Source: an uncultured bacterium
Lineage (GTDB): Bacteria; Chloroflexota; UBA5177; JANWHV01
DNA: 64,000 nucleotides
Reading direction: 5' to 3'
Assembly (NCBI GenBank): GCA_963827235.1
Contig: CAWHAE010000012.1
Coordinates: 64,001-128,000, forward strand
The notes under the pieces are model-generated. The model searched no databases. It was not told the origin of the DNA and worked only from the letters and a program-made list of their open reading frames with translations. Shown one piece after another: positions 1 through 10,207 of this stretch. Numbering within the stretch: the stretch's first letter is position 1; the number at the start of each line of letters is the position of its first letter. A program made the translations under genes and the position numbers.

Positions 1-1
1 C

Positions 2-3000
2 GATGAGCTGCGCATCGCCGAGCTATATGGGCGGCGCGTCTGCCCGCTCTGGGTCGAGGGCGAGCAGTGGATGGAGTGCGTGCCCCTGGGCTGGGGTGGC
101 TTGCAGTACCTCGACGCGCGGGGCGATGGCTACGAGGCGGCGCTCGACGCGCTGGCGACGGAGGTGCCGCATCACCGGGACCAGCAGGTGGCGGGTAGCG
201 CGCCGGCACCCGCTTCGCCGCCGGCCGCGGGCGAGCCGCGGAATCCCTACAAGGGCCTGCGCCCCTTCACCGGGGCGGACGCTGGCGACTTCTTCGGCCG
301 CGAGCGGCTGGTGGGGACGCTGCTGGCGGTGTTGCCGGCGGCGGGAAGCGACGCGCCGCGCTTCCTGGCGCTGGTGGGGGCCAGCGGCTCGGGCAAGTCG
401 AGCGTGGTGCTGGCGGGCTTGCTGCCGCGGCTGCAGGCCGGGGCGCTGCCGGGAAGCGCCGCGTGGGTCTATCTGCCGCCGATCACGCCGGGGGCGCAGC
501 CGCTGGATGCGCTGGCCCAGACCCTGTGCGCCGCGCTGTCCGAGCCTGTCGATGTGTTGAGCACCCGCGGCACGCTGGCGGAGGAGCCGGACGGGCTGCA
601 CCGACTGGCGCGGCGACTGGTGACCAGGCCGGAACAGCGCGTGGTGCTGGTACTCGACCAGGGCGAGGAGCTGTTCGCGGCGGCGGTGGCGGAGGAAGAA
701 CGGCGGTGTTTCGTCGACCTGCTGGTGACGGCGGCCACCGCGCCGGGTGGACCCTTGCTCGTGGTGCTGACCCTGCGCGCCGACTTCTATGACCGGCCCC
801 TCCGCTACCCCGCCCTGGGCGCCCTGCTGCAGGCGCACGACGTCGCGGTGCTGGCGCCGACCGCGGCCGACCTGCGGCAGGCGATCGAGGGACCGGCGGC
901 GTTGCCGGACGTGCAGGTGACCTTCGACGAGGACCTGGTGGGCGACTTGTTATTCGACCTGCGCGGCCAGGCCGGGGCGCTGCCTTTGCTGCAGTTCACG
1001 CTGGATCAGCTGTTCGCGCGCCGCGAGGGGAAGCGGTTGAGCGGAGCGGCCTATCGGGCGCTGGGTGGCGTGCGCGGCGCGCTGAGCCGGCACGCCGAGG
1101 CCACGTACGCCGCGCTGCCGAGCGAAGAGCATCGGACGCTGGTGCGCGCGCTGTTCCTGCGGCTGATCGACCCCGGCGAGAGCGAGCAAGACACGACGCG
1201 ACGCCGCGCCACGATGGGCGAATTCCTCCTGCCCGATCAGGCGCAGAGCGATTGCTTGCAGGACGTCATCCAGGCGTTCATCGGGGCGCGGCTGCTGGTA
1301 ACACAGCGCTCGACGCTTGGGAGGAAGGGTGGGCCGGAGACCACGGTCGAAGTGAGCCACGAGGCGTTGATTCGCGAGTGGCCGCGGCTGGCCGGCTGGC
1401 TGCGCGAGGCACGCGAGGATGTGCGCATGCAACAGGCGATCAGCGCGGATGCCGCAGCCTGGGCGCATCACGGGCAGCCGGCGGACCGCCTCTACCGCGG
1501 CTCGCTGCTGCTGGAGGCGGAGGCCTGGGCCGCGCGCAACACGCCGAGCGCCCAGGAGGCGGCCTTCCTCGCAGCGGCACGGCTCGACCGCGACCTGCAG
1601 GCACTGGAAGAGCGTGAGCGGCAGGCAGGGCAGCTGGCGCTGACACAAGACGCACTGGCGGCGAACCGGCGGGCAGGTAGTCGGCTCCGCTGGCTCGTGG
1701 GGATCCTGGCCCTCTTCCTGATGGTGGCGGCAGGCTTGAGCATCGTTGCGGTGTGGAGCGCCTTGCAGGCGCGCCAGGCGGAGTCACGCGCCCAGCAGAA
1801 CCAGCGCAGCGCCGAGGCCGCCGCCACCGCGGCGTCCGTTGCCCGCGTCGCCCTCAGCGAGAAGGATCTCGCGCTCTCGGCCTCACTGGCGGCGCAGGCC
1901 GTCAAGCAGCTTGGTAAGCAGGAGGACCTGGCACTGCTGCTAGGCGTGGAGGCGGAGCGCACGGCCAATACGGTCGAGGCGCGCGGGGCGCTGCTGGCCA
2001 GTCTGGAGAACGTGCCACCCTGCCTGGTCCGTTTCCTCGGCGGGCACAGCGGCAGCGTGCGGGCGCTGGCGTTCAGCCCCGACGGCACTCTGCTGGCCTC
2101 GGGCGGCGACGACGGCACCGTCCGGCTCTGGGATGCGGCGGGTGGGCGGGCGCTCGGCTCGCCGCTGCGCGCGGGTGCGGTGAACAGCGTGGCCTTCAGT
2201 CCGGACGGGTGGCTGCTCGCCGCGGGCAGTGCAGACGGCGCGGTGCAGCTGTGGCGGCGCACCGGATCGGGTACCCGGTGGGCGCCCTGGGGCGGGCCGC
2301 TGCGGCGCCAGCAGGACCAGGTACGGGTGGTCGCCTTCAGCGCGGACGGCAGGCTGCTGGCCTCGAGCAGCTGGGACGGTAGCATCTGGCTATGGGACCT
2401 GAGCGGCGCCACGCCACGCGGCGCCGCGCTGACCGCCCATGCCGCCTACTCGGGCGCGCTGGCCATCAGCCCGAGGGGGAACGTGCTGGCAGCTGCCGGC
2501 GGGCTCGACGACGAGACGGTCCAGCTCTGGGATATGAGCGGACGGCGACCGCTGGGCGCGGCGCTCACCGGGCCGTGGGACACGGTGGAGCAGCTGGCGT
2601 TCAGCCCGAACGGCCAAACGCTGGCCGCGAGTGCCGGGGACGGCACGGTCTGGCTCTGGGACATGCGGCGACGGCAGCAGCAAGGCGTGCTGCTGACTAC
2701 CGGGAGTGCCGCTGCGAATGCGCTGGCCTTCAGCGGCGACGGCACCACGCTGGCAGTGGCGAGCGGCGACCGGACGCTGCTCTGGGACGTCGCGACGCGC
2801 CGGCCACGGGGAGGGCCGCTGTCAGCCCATGCCGGCGCCATCTACGGCGTGGCCTTCAGCCCCAACGGCAGCGAACTGGCCACGGCCGGCGCCGGCGATG
2901 CTATTCAGGTCTGGGATGTCGCGCCGGGCGCCGGCCAGGACAATCCACTGGCGACCACATTCAACGCGCCAAACGGAATCACGAGTGTGGCGCTGGCACC

Positions 3001-3947
3001 CACCGGCAGCACCATCGCGGTCGGTGACGAAGCAGGCCGCGTGCAGCTCTGGGATGGTGCGCATGGCCGGGCGATCGGCGTCCTGTCCGGCGGGCACGCG
3101 AGCAGCATCATCGGGGTGGCGTTCACCCCGGATGGCAACCTGCTGGCGGCCGCCGATGCGAGCGGGCCCATTCAGCTCTGGGACATGGCGCAGAGACGGC
3201 CATTCGGCGCGCCGCTGGATGCGCATGCGTTGGCTCTGCAGAGCATGGCCATGAGCCCCGACGGCAGGCTCCTCGCCGCGGGCTACGCCGACTTCACGAT
3301 CCGCCTGTGGGACGTGGCGTCGCGCCGGCAGATCGGATCGCCGCTGGCCAGCAAGTACGGTGATGTCTCTGCACTCGCCTTCAGTCCAAACGGCAAGATC
3401 CTGGCGTCCGGCAGCTTTGGCGCCGTCGTGCAGCTCTGGGACGTCGCCACGCGCCGACCGCGAGGCACACCGCTCCTCGGCCACGGCGACGCCGTGTTCG
3501 GCCTGGCCTTCAGTCCCGACGGCACGCTCCTCGCCTCGGCAAGCCTCGATCGGACGGTCCGGCTGTGGGATGTGGCGCTCGACCGCCCATCTGGCGCTCC
3601 CCTGCGTGGCCACACCGGCGACGTGTGGAGCGTAGCCTTCAGTGCGGATGGGAGCATGCTGGCTTCGGGCAGCGCCGACGGCACCGTCCGGCTCTGGAGC
3701 GTGGCCTATCGCCGGCAGACTCGGCCCGTCGCTGGTGATCGGCACCATGCTCACGGGTCTCACCTTCAACCGCGCCGGCACGCTGCTGGCGGTGGGCAGT
3801 GCCGGCGGGGTGCGGCTGTGGGACGTCAGCGTGCCGTCCTGGCTACAACGTGCGTGCGCCATCGCCAACCGGAGCCTGACGCTCCAGGAATGGCAGACCT
3901 ACCTGGGCAGCGCGCCCTATCACGCGACCTGTCCCGCCGGTCGTTGA
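2..3947 (+). CDS. TIR-like / nSTAND1 NTPase / TM / WD40-repeat protein (bacterial NLR-like), 5'-partial, frameshift near 3715-3720
   Basis: Frame open from nt 2 (DELRIAELYGRRVCPLWVEG, TIR-like tail); NPYKGL, Walker A GASGSGKSS, LVLDQGEELF, LPLLQFTL, EVSHEALIREWPRL; one TM helix; >10 WD40 repeats. The typical C-terminus (ACAIANRSLTLQEWQTYL..PYHATCP) lies in ORF 3642..3947, another frame. Confidence 0.9.
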
Positions 3948-4031
3948 GGGATCCGCGCCCCAGGGCCCGGCACCGGCAGGCGGTGCGCGAGGCCCTGGGG
4001 CGGTCTGTGAGTAGCGCCAGAAACACGCTGC

Positions 4032-4717
4032 TCAGCGGCGAATCGTGAGGTGGTACGTGACGTCTCTGGCCCACGAGTTGGAGGGCCAGACCGAAAGCGC
4101 AGGTCGAGCGCGTGCCGTCCCGCTGCCAGCGGAGCGAGCATGACGAGGAGGCCGTCTGCCACCGACTTGGTGGTCCCAGGCCCAGGCACGCCCAGCACGT
4201 TGTCGGCGGGATACGCAAAAGTGAAGAGAGGAGTCGTGAACCGGTACCGGGTGAGCAGGTTCGTGAGGTGCACCCCATCCACCGTGACGTCAGCTTCTGT
4301 CACCGATCCAATGCTTGGCGCAGCTGCGCAGTGCCGCGAAGGTGTTGCCGTTTCCTTGCGCGGTCGAACACTCCCAGAGCCGGCGCGATGAGGAGCGCCT
4401 TGCCGGCGGGCACCGTGCAGGCCCGGATATCGGCGCCGCCCATCATGTCCGGTCGAGGTACCAGACCGGGCCGGACTGGCCCACGGCGCAGTGCGCACCG
4501 GTGTGGTCCAGCATGGGGTTCTCCGGTGCGGGTATAGCCATCCACCACTGGACGAGCCGGACGTGCCATTCGCTGTACGAGTGGCCGTAGGGGTGCGCCT
4601 GGGGTGGGAACACGCTGAGGCTGTGCGCTTCCCGCCTGGGCGGCAGGCGCCGGTGCCAGTGGCGAGGACGGCGAGCATGACTACCAGCAACGCGACCAGC
4701 TTCCTCGTGCTTTGCAT
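4032..4717 (-). pseudogene. Secreted hypothetical protein, paralog of 15096-15788 and 15839-16525, several frameshifts
   Basis: MQSTRKLVALL signal peptide; PPQAHPYGHSYSEW, CTVPAGKALLI and ADGLLVMLAPLAAGRH are spread over three frames (ORFs 3920..4771 and 4443..4748, 4300..4569). Confidence 0.8.
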
Positions 4718-4771
4718 GTCTTTCTCCTTCCTGCATGGCGCCGGGCACAAGAAACCCGGCGCACGATCCAT

Positions 4772-4922
4772 ACCATCGTGGCCGGGTTCACCAGTTGCTC
4801 GCCGCAGTCCAGGGGTGGCCAGACAGGAGCAGGCGTCGGCAGGAGAGGAGCGGCCTCGCCGCTCGCGGTGCTTGAGGCGTCAGACCCTTTCTCGGGCTGC
4901 AGGTCAGCGCATCCACTTCGAC
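4772..4922 (-). ncRNA. c-di-GMP-II-like riboswitch variant with ~70-nt insertion, copy 1
   Basis: GG-A-UGC-GCU-GA-C-CUGCAGCCC...UGGCCACC..GGACUGCGG-C-GA-GCA-ACUGGUGAACCCGGCC gives the P1/P2/kink-turn/P3/pseudoknot pattern of c-di-GMP-II (RF01786); TATAAT at 4926-4931 immediately upstream. Confidence 0.7.
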
Positions 4923-5028
4923 CCGATTATAGGCCCGCATGTGCGCCCTGCCCATGAACAGCGCAGCGCACACTAGCGTGCACAGTTGCCGGAGCGACCA
5001 CGTTAGGCTCCAGACAGCGCCCGTACCA

Positions 5029-6042
5029 TCAGGAGGCGGTGGAGATGAACTGCGACGCGGCCTCCGAGCTGGGCGTCGACGTGCTGGATGGGACTCTACA
5101 AGTGCGGTCGGACGAACTGCCTGTCTCACGCCAGAGGTTGCCGTCCATCCCCAAAACGTATACGGTCGTGCTGTCCAGTGCCTGGAACCCACGGACGTTC
5201 GGGTCGACCAGTTTGCGACCAGAGTAATTGTCTGTCTCACGCCAGAGGTCGTAGTTGGTTCCCAAGACGTAGACGGTTGTGCGGTCCAACGCTTGGAACT
5301 GCCAGAGGTGCGCGTCGACCAGGGCTTCACGGGAGTGATTGCCTCTCTCACGCCAGAGCCTGTCATCGGTTCCCAAGACGTACACGGTTGCGCTATCCAG
5401 CGCCTGGAACTGCCAGACGTTGGCGTCGACTTGGGCGCGATTGGAGTAATTGCCTCTCTCACGCCAGAGTCTGGCGTCGGTTCCCAGGACGTAGACGGTC
5501 GTGCTGTCCAGCGCCTGGAACCTGGAGACGTGCGCGTCGACCAGGGTACGATGTGAGTAGCTGCCCATGTCACGCCAGAGCCTGTCATCGGTTCCCAGGA
5601 CGTAGACGATCGTGCTGTCCAGCGCCTGGAACTTGGCGACGTTCGCGTCGACCAGGGTGCGATGTGCGTCATTGCCGATCTCATGCCAGAGCTTGGCGTC
5701 GGTGCCCAGGACATAGACGGAGGTGTCGTCCAGCGCCTGGAACGTGGAGACGTTCGCGTCGACCAAGGCGCGAGACTGATTGCCTGTCGTCCGCCAAAGC
5801 TTGCCGTCGGTTCCCAGGACGTAGACGGTTGTGCCGTGCAGAGCCTGGAAGTGCTCGACGTTTGCGGCGGACTGGGTGCGATAGCCCGGGGTGCCTGAGT
5901 CGTGCCCGAGGTTACCGTTGCCGGTCAGGACGATCACCCGATGGTTCGTGAACATGCCGGCCTGCTGTGGGAGCGATGCGAGCTGACGTGACCCAAGTAT
6001 GCCGGCGCATACCAGGCCTATCAGCGCGGCAAGTACCTTCAT
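5029..6042 (-). CDS. Secreted beta-propeller (lectin/tachylectin-like) repeat protein, 7 x 37-aa repeats; 3' end cut at a junction near 5100
   Basis: Signal peptide; repeats VDANVxxFQALDxTTVYVLGTDxxLWRExGN; homology with 13050-14024 stops at ~5102. Confidence 0.8.
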   Translation of the reverse strand: MKVLAALIGLVCAGILGSRQLASLPQQAGMFTNHRVIVLTGNGNLGHDSGTPGYRTQSAANVEHFQALHGTTVYVLGTDGKLWRTTGNQSRALVDANVSTFQALDDTSVYVLGTDAKLWHEIGNDAHRTLVDANVAKFQALDSTIVYVLGTDDRLWRDMGSYSHRTLVDAHVSRFQALDSTTVYVLGTDARLWRERGNYSNRAQVDANVWQFQALDSATVYVLGTDDRLWRERGNHSREALVDAHLWQFQALDRTTVYVLGTNYDLWRETDNYSGRKLVDPNVRGFQALDSTTVYVLGMDGNLWRETGSSSDRTCRVPSSTSTPSSEAASQFISTAS

Positions 6043-6199
6043 CGGAATTCCTTTCTCGTGCTCGAACGTGATTTGTCCTTTCTCCGTACCTGCTGACCTT
6101 GCGCCGGAGTCCCCTTACCCATGTATCCCCCGTCTCCTGAGCACACAGAGCGCAGTCGCTGCTCCTCACCAAGCTGGGTCACACCCAGTGATAGCCGAC

Positions 6200-7495
6200 C
6201 TATTTCTTCGTCACGAAGCGTCGAGGCCGTCGTGCAAGGCGCTCATGAGCACGCGCGTAACTACCGTCACTCACCGAGGCGTTGAGCGATAGCTCTCCAG
6301 CCAGACAGAGTGCCGCACAGAGGTTGGCAAACATACCCGCGTTACCAGCTCCGGCAAGTCCCAGGAGCTTCAGGCATGCAAACTGGCTGGGCAACTGTGT
6401 GCCACCTCCAACAGTGCCTACCGGCACATTGGGCAGCGTCACCGATGCATAGAGATTGCCGTGCGGTGTAAGCTCCATCCGAGTGATGCCGACAGCAGCT
6501 TCCGCTACACAGGCCACGTCCTGGCCGCATGCCATGAACAGCGCTGCGAGCGCATTCGCATAGTGTCCCTCGATGCCCATGGCACCGGAGAGGCTGCTAC
6601 CGATCGCAACCAGGCGCCACAACTTCTCCATCCGCTCAGGCGAGGTATGCAACCGCTCCCGAACCAGCTCGGCGGGCAGCTCCACCTCAGCCGTGACTCG
6701 TTTGCCTCGAACCGTGCTAAATGCCTGATAGCTTGCCTTCTTATCGCCAGACAGGGTGCTCTCGAGAAAGCAGTCTTGGGGGTGAATGGGGCTGTTAGCG
6801 AGAATATAGTTGACGATCGCCGCCGTAGCTATCGTAACCATGTTTTGCCCGGCAGCATCGCCGGTCGTGAAGGCGAAGATGAGGTGGACGTGGTTACCTT
6901 CGGGGACGGCGCGCAGGTTCTCCAGCCTGCCATGATGCGTGGTACGTGCAGCCTCCTTCTGAAACTGCATGAACTGCTGTTCCAGCCAAGACTGAAAGAG
7001 CGCGCCATCGTGGAGGCTACGGAAGAAGAAGCATGGTGCGCGGAGCATGCCGTCTGCGACCACCCTGGCCCTGCACCCACCGGCCTCGGTGATCACTTGA
7101 GCACCCCGGTCTAGGGAGGCAACCAGTGCCGCCTCAGTGGTGGCGAGCGGCACCATGAAGTCCCGCCCATTGACTCGGAGAGGGCCGGCCTTGCCTAGAG
7201 GTATCCGGGCCTCCCCGATGAAGTTTTCGATGTTGGCATTGTAGAGGGTCATGCGTTCCTGCGCTGGAGCGTCCAACAAGATGTCACGTGCCGGCGCGGC
7301 TGCAGGGTGCACTGTGGCAATGTGCTGCCATAGCCGCGCGACACTTCGAGTTGTGGCAGCTGGACAGAGACGAAGCATCGGCGGGTCAGGCGCCGGCGCT
7401 AAGGGCATCAACGCGCCAAGGCCTGCATCATCAAGCGACTGGCTACAACCCGAAGATTGACACTGTTCACTTTCCCGATTTGGATTCGCGATCAT
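6200..7495 (-). CDS. hmgA: Hydroxymethylglutaryl-CoA reductase, class I
   Basis: ENFIG, PLATTEAALVAS, TGDAAGQNMV, DKK, GTVGGGT, GELS and C-terminal catalytic His motifs. Confidence 0.92.
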   Translation of the reverse strand: MIANPNRESEQCQSSGCSQSLDDAGLGALMPLAPAPDPPMLRLCPAATTRSVARLWQHIATVHPAAAPARDILLDAPAQERMTLYNANIENFIGEARIPLGKAGPLRVNGRDFMVPLATTEAALVASLDRGAQVITEAGGCRARVVADGMLRAPCFFFRSLHDGALFQSWLEQQFMQFQKEAARTTHHGRLENLRAVPEGNHVHLIFAFTTGDAAGQNMVTIATAAIVNYILANSPIHPQDCFLESTLSGDKKASYQAFSTVRGKRVTAEVELPAELVRERLHTSPERMEKLWRLVAIGSSLSGAMGIEGHYANALAALFMACGQDVACVAEAAVGITRMELTPHGNLYASVTLPNVPVGTVGGGTQLPSQFACLKLLGLAGAGNAGMFANLCAALCLAGELSLNASVSDGSYARAHERLARRPRRFVTKK

Positions 7496-7667
7496 TGGCT
7501 TCTCCCGCCTGAACAAGACGGCCAACAGGCCTCCGAGGGCAAGCGCATCCCTGAAAAGGCGCTGCGTCTGCCGAACACCGAACTCCGTGCGGAGCGGGTG
7601 ACATTGACGAGAGCATCAGCGCTACGGCGATCACCGCGGCCATCACGGGCACGAACAGGTAGACCAT
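7467..7667 (-). CDS. Small hydrophobic peptide MVYLFVPVMAAVIAVALMLSS...
   Basis: GGAG RBS and one TM-like stretch; N-terminal 30 aa conserved in the second copy (14184-14282). Confidence 0.45.
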   Translation of the reverse strand: MVYLFVPVMAAVIAVALMLSSMSPAPHGVRCSADAAPFQGCACPRRPVGRLVQAGEANDRESKSGK

Positions 7668-8006
7668 GGCTGGTATCTCCGAGCACCCGTCGAGCTATCT
7701 CACGTCTCGGTGAGCGGCGGCACATCAGCCAGGCCGTGAGATGCCGCCTACGCACCGTGCGTCGATCTGCAGGGCCCATAGTAGGTTCACCCGCGCTCAC
7801 CGGAACAGCGCAAACACTATCAAATACTGTCAATCCGGTTGGTGGAGCTCGAGGAGGGATCCAACTGACCTCCGTGCCCAGAGCGCGACAGCCCGCACCG
7901 TCTGCCCGGGACGACCTCCGGCCGGTCCTTCCTGCGGCTCAAGCCGTGCGGGAGTTGCCCGCCGCCACTCCCCAGCTGATTGGCTCCGTCAACTGCCGGG
8001 TCGCGT
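7579..8006 (-). repeat. 428-bp cassette B copy 1 (direct-repeat operator, TACTAT -10, structured leader, small hydrophobic ORF)
   Basis: Near-identical to 14194-14621, same length. Confidence 0.9.
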
Positions 8007-8163
8007 GCTCGCGTGGGTTGCAGCAGCATGCCGGATTCTCCAGTCGAGCAGAGCAGACACGCAGCCAACAGGCGCGTCGAGCAAGGGCTTTCGCCCGACG
8101 CGGGGAAGGCTCGGACCGGCGCGGTGCCAGCGCACGTCTGTGTAGCGCGGCGCTGCCCCCGGG

Positions 8164-8649
8164 TTACCGGGCAATCTGCATGGGGCGGGACTTCGGATTC
8201 AGTTCCTCCTGGCTGGGGAGCACGCCGAGCTGCTGGAACGCGCCCAACCTATCCCACAACGACCGTACTTCCACGACTTTGCCGCCGGCGAAGCGGAGAA
8301 TAGAGAATGAGGTCCAATGTACGCTCTTGCCTGTGGGGGCGAGATCCAGGAACCCAGCGCCGGCATGTGTGCCGCGGAACGTTTCGCACAGCACCGCGAT
8401 GTCGCCTTCTGCCGTCAGCTCTTCGATCGTAAACATGCCGTCGGGAAAGGCAGCGCGACCCGTTGGGAAAGCTTCTTTCATGGCCCGAGTGCCTGTCGCG
8501 GTGCCAATAGAGCTTGGAACCCGCGGGTCAGGCCACAGGGCGATCTCCTTGAAGTCGGGGGCGAAGACATCGTCGACGACATCCACGTTGCCTCGGTTGA
8601 TCTCCTCCACGAAACGGCGAATCAAAGCCTTGTTGTCTTCTGCTGACAT
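8164..8649 (-). CDS. SnoaL-like ester cyclase (NTF2-like)
   Basis: MSAEDNKALIRRFVEE, AFPDGMFTIEEL.AEGD, GTH.G, PTGKSV, D.LG..QQLG; GGAG RBS. Confidence 0.9.
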   Translation of the reverse strand: MSAEDNKALIRRFVEEINRGNVDVVDDVFAPDFKEIALWPDPRVPSSIGTATGTRAMKEAFPTGRAAFPDGMFTIEELTAEGDIAVLCETFRGTHAGAGFLDLAPTGKSVHWTSFSILRFAGGKVVEVRSLWDRLGAFQQLGVLPSQEELNPKSRPMQIAR

Positions 8650-8820
8650 CGGCTGCTCTCCCATCGTCTGGACGCTTCCGGCCATGGACAAGGCTGATAG
8701 ATCTGGTTCTTCGGCGTAATCAATGCACGAGCACCAGCAACGCGACCAGCTTCCTCGTGCTTTGCATGTCCTGCTCCTTCCTGAGCGGCGCCGGGCACAA
8801 GCAACCCGGCGCACGACCAT

Positions 8821-8971
8821 GCCATCGTGGCCGGGTTCACCAGTTGCTCGCCGCAGTCCAGGGGTGACCAGACAGGAGCAGGCGTCGGCAAGAGAGGAGC
8901 GGCCTCGCCGCCCGCGGTGCTTGTGGCGTCAGACCCTTTCTCGGGCTGCAGGTCAGCGCATCCACTACGGC
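8821..8971 (-). ncRNA. c-di-GMP-II-like riboswitch variant, copy 2
   Basis: Same 151-nt fold; P1 GCCGUAGUGG/CCACGAUGGC; TATAAT 8975-8980; followed by a 15-aa truncated ORF (8720-8767). Confidence 0.7.
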
Positions 8972-9006
8972 TCGATTATAGGGTCGCATGTGCAATCTGC
9001 CAATGA

Positions 9007-9035
9007 ACAGTAGAGCGCACAGTAGCGTGCACAGT
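9007..9035 (-). promoter_or_regulatory. Three ACAGT direct repeats at 12-bp period upstream of the cassette promoter (putative activator site)
   Basis: ACAGT at 9007, 9019, 9031; also at 25336, 25348, 25360, with variants in copies 1 and 3. Confidence 0.55.
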
Positions 9036-9078
9036 TGCCGGAGCGACCACGACAGACTCCAGGCAGCACCCGTACCAT

Positions 9079-9564
9079 CAGGAGGCGGTGGAGACGGTCC
9101 GCGACCCGGCCGGCGAGCTAAGCATCGACGTGCTTGATGGGCTGCAGTCGCTGCTGGACAAGAGCCTGCTGCGGCGGAAAGATGGACCGGGCCGGGAGCC
9201 GCGGCTGGTGCTGCTGGAGACGATACACGAGTATGCGCGGGAGAAGCTGGGGGCGAGCGGGGAGCAGGCGGCACTGCGGCACCGGCACCTCGCCTGGTGC
9301 CCAGCTCTGGCCGAAGACGCCCGGTCCGAGCTGGGCGGGCCGCGGCAGCTGGAATGGCTGGACCGGCTGGAGGTCGAGCACGACAATCTGCGGGGCGCGC
9401 TGAGCTGGGCGAAGGAGTCCGGGGCAGCTGACGAAGGGCTGCGGCTGGCGGGGGCCCTCTGGGGTTTCTGGTCTATTCGTGGCTACTTCGGCGAAGGGCG
9501 GCGCTGGTCGTGGTGCTCGTACCCGCCCCGCAATCGGATGCTGCCCGAGCGCGCGAGGCTCTGA
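9079..9564 (+). pseudogene. Internal fragment of an AfsR/COG3903-type ATPase-TPR regulator
   Basis: LDGLQSLLDKSLL, PRLVLLETIHEYAREKL, WLDRLEVEHDNLRGAL.W, RGYFGEGRRW; no N-terminus or TPR tail. A ~55-bp piece is repeated at ~5030-5092. Confidence 0.85.
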
Positions 9565-9689
9565 CGCCAGTGCTCGGTCCCGTCGCCACGACCTGTCCAG
9601 TCAACCCGGCACCGACCAGCATCGATCCGTTCTTTGGCTCGGCGATCGGGATGCGACCGGTCTTGGCGCTTGGCTTCATGCGGTGCCGG

Positions 9690-10142
9690 CTAATGCCCAG
9701 TCGTGAAGTCGATCGCGGCGCCGGCAGCATCCTCGGGGCCGTGCGCAACGGATACGACCAGCATGAATTTGGTTTGGGGATTGAGCAGCGCCAAGGGCGC
9801 TGTCGTAACGGTGAAGGTAGCCGGATCGTACATGATAGGCATAGTCATCAGGCCGGCACCGCGCTTCGAGAGCTCGTAGAGTCTCGCGTCAATCTGATCG
9901 CCGATTGGTGCAATGGATGTGGTAACGCGAATGACCAGATCGATTGGCACGCCGACTGCCCCGTCCGCAGGGACTATTCTGGTGATGCGTATCCTGCCCG
10001 GGTGCTCGTGCCCGCTGGCGTTGGAGTCTGCATTCCTGAACGCAAGGTAGCTCGCGGCGACAGGCGGATGCGAGATGCCGGCCGAAGCCATGGCACTGAG
10101 GAGAGCAAATGTGGCAAGCTGCCGGGAAAGGTGATAGCTCAT
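9690..10142 (-). CDS. Secreted protein with SbsA/Big_5-type Ig-like domain
   Basis: Signal peptide; P.DGAVGVP...I.V, YDPAT.TVT..P...L.P.T.F, FTTG; AAGGA RBS. Confidence 0.7.
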   Translation of the reverse strand: MSYHLSRQLATFALLSAMASAGISHPPVAASYLAFRNADSNASGHEHPGRIRITRIVPADGAVGVPIDLVIRVTTSIAPIGDQIDARLYELSKRGAGLMTMPIMYDPATFTVTTAPLALLNPQTKFMLVVSVAHGPEDAAGAAIDFTTGH

Positions 10143-10207
10143 CGTACATTCCTTTACGGTGTTCGCATGTCCGCGGCAACGGAGGCGTGCCCTGTCTCGC
10201 CGTGCCA

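Noticed and set aside
3948-4048. C-terminal extension of the 1325-aa ORF
   Set aside because: Out-of-frame read-through after the frameshift; the conserved end stops at 3947.
4715-5020. Cassette A as a MITE/IS
   Set aside because: No terminal inverted repeats or target-site duplications, variable downstream ends, and no transposase.
5100-5870. CRISPR array or DGR-like repeats
   Set aside because: The ~111-bp units are in-frame coding repeats without unique spacers; no cas or reverse transcriptase gene is present.
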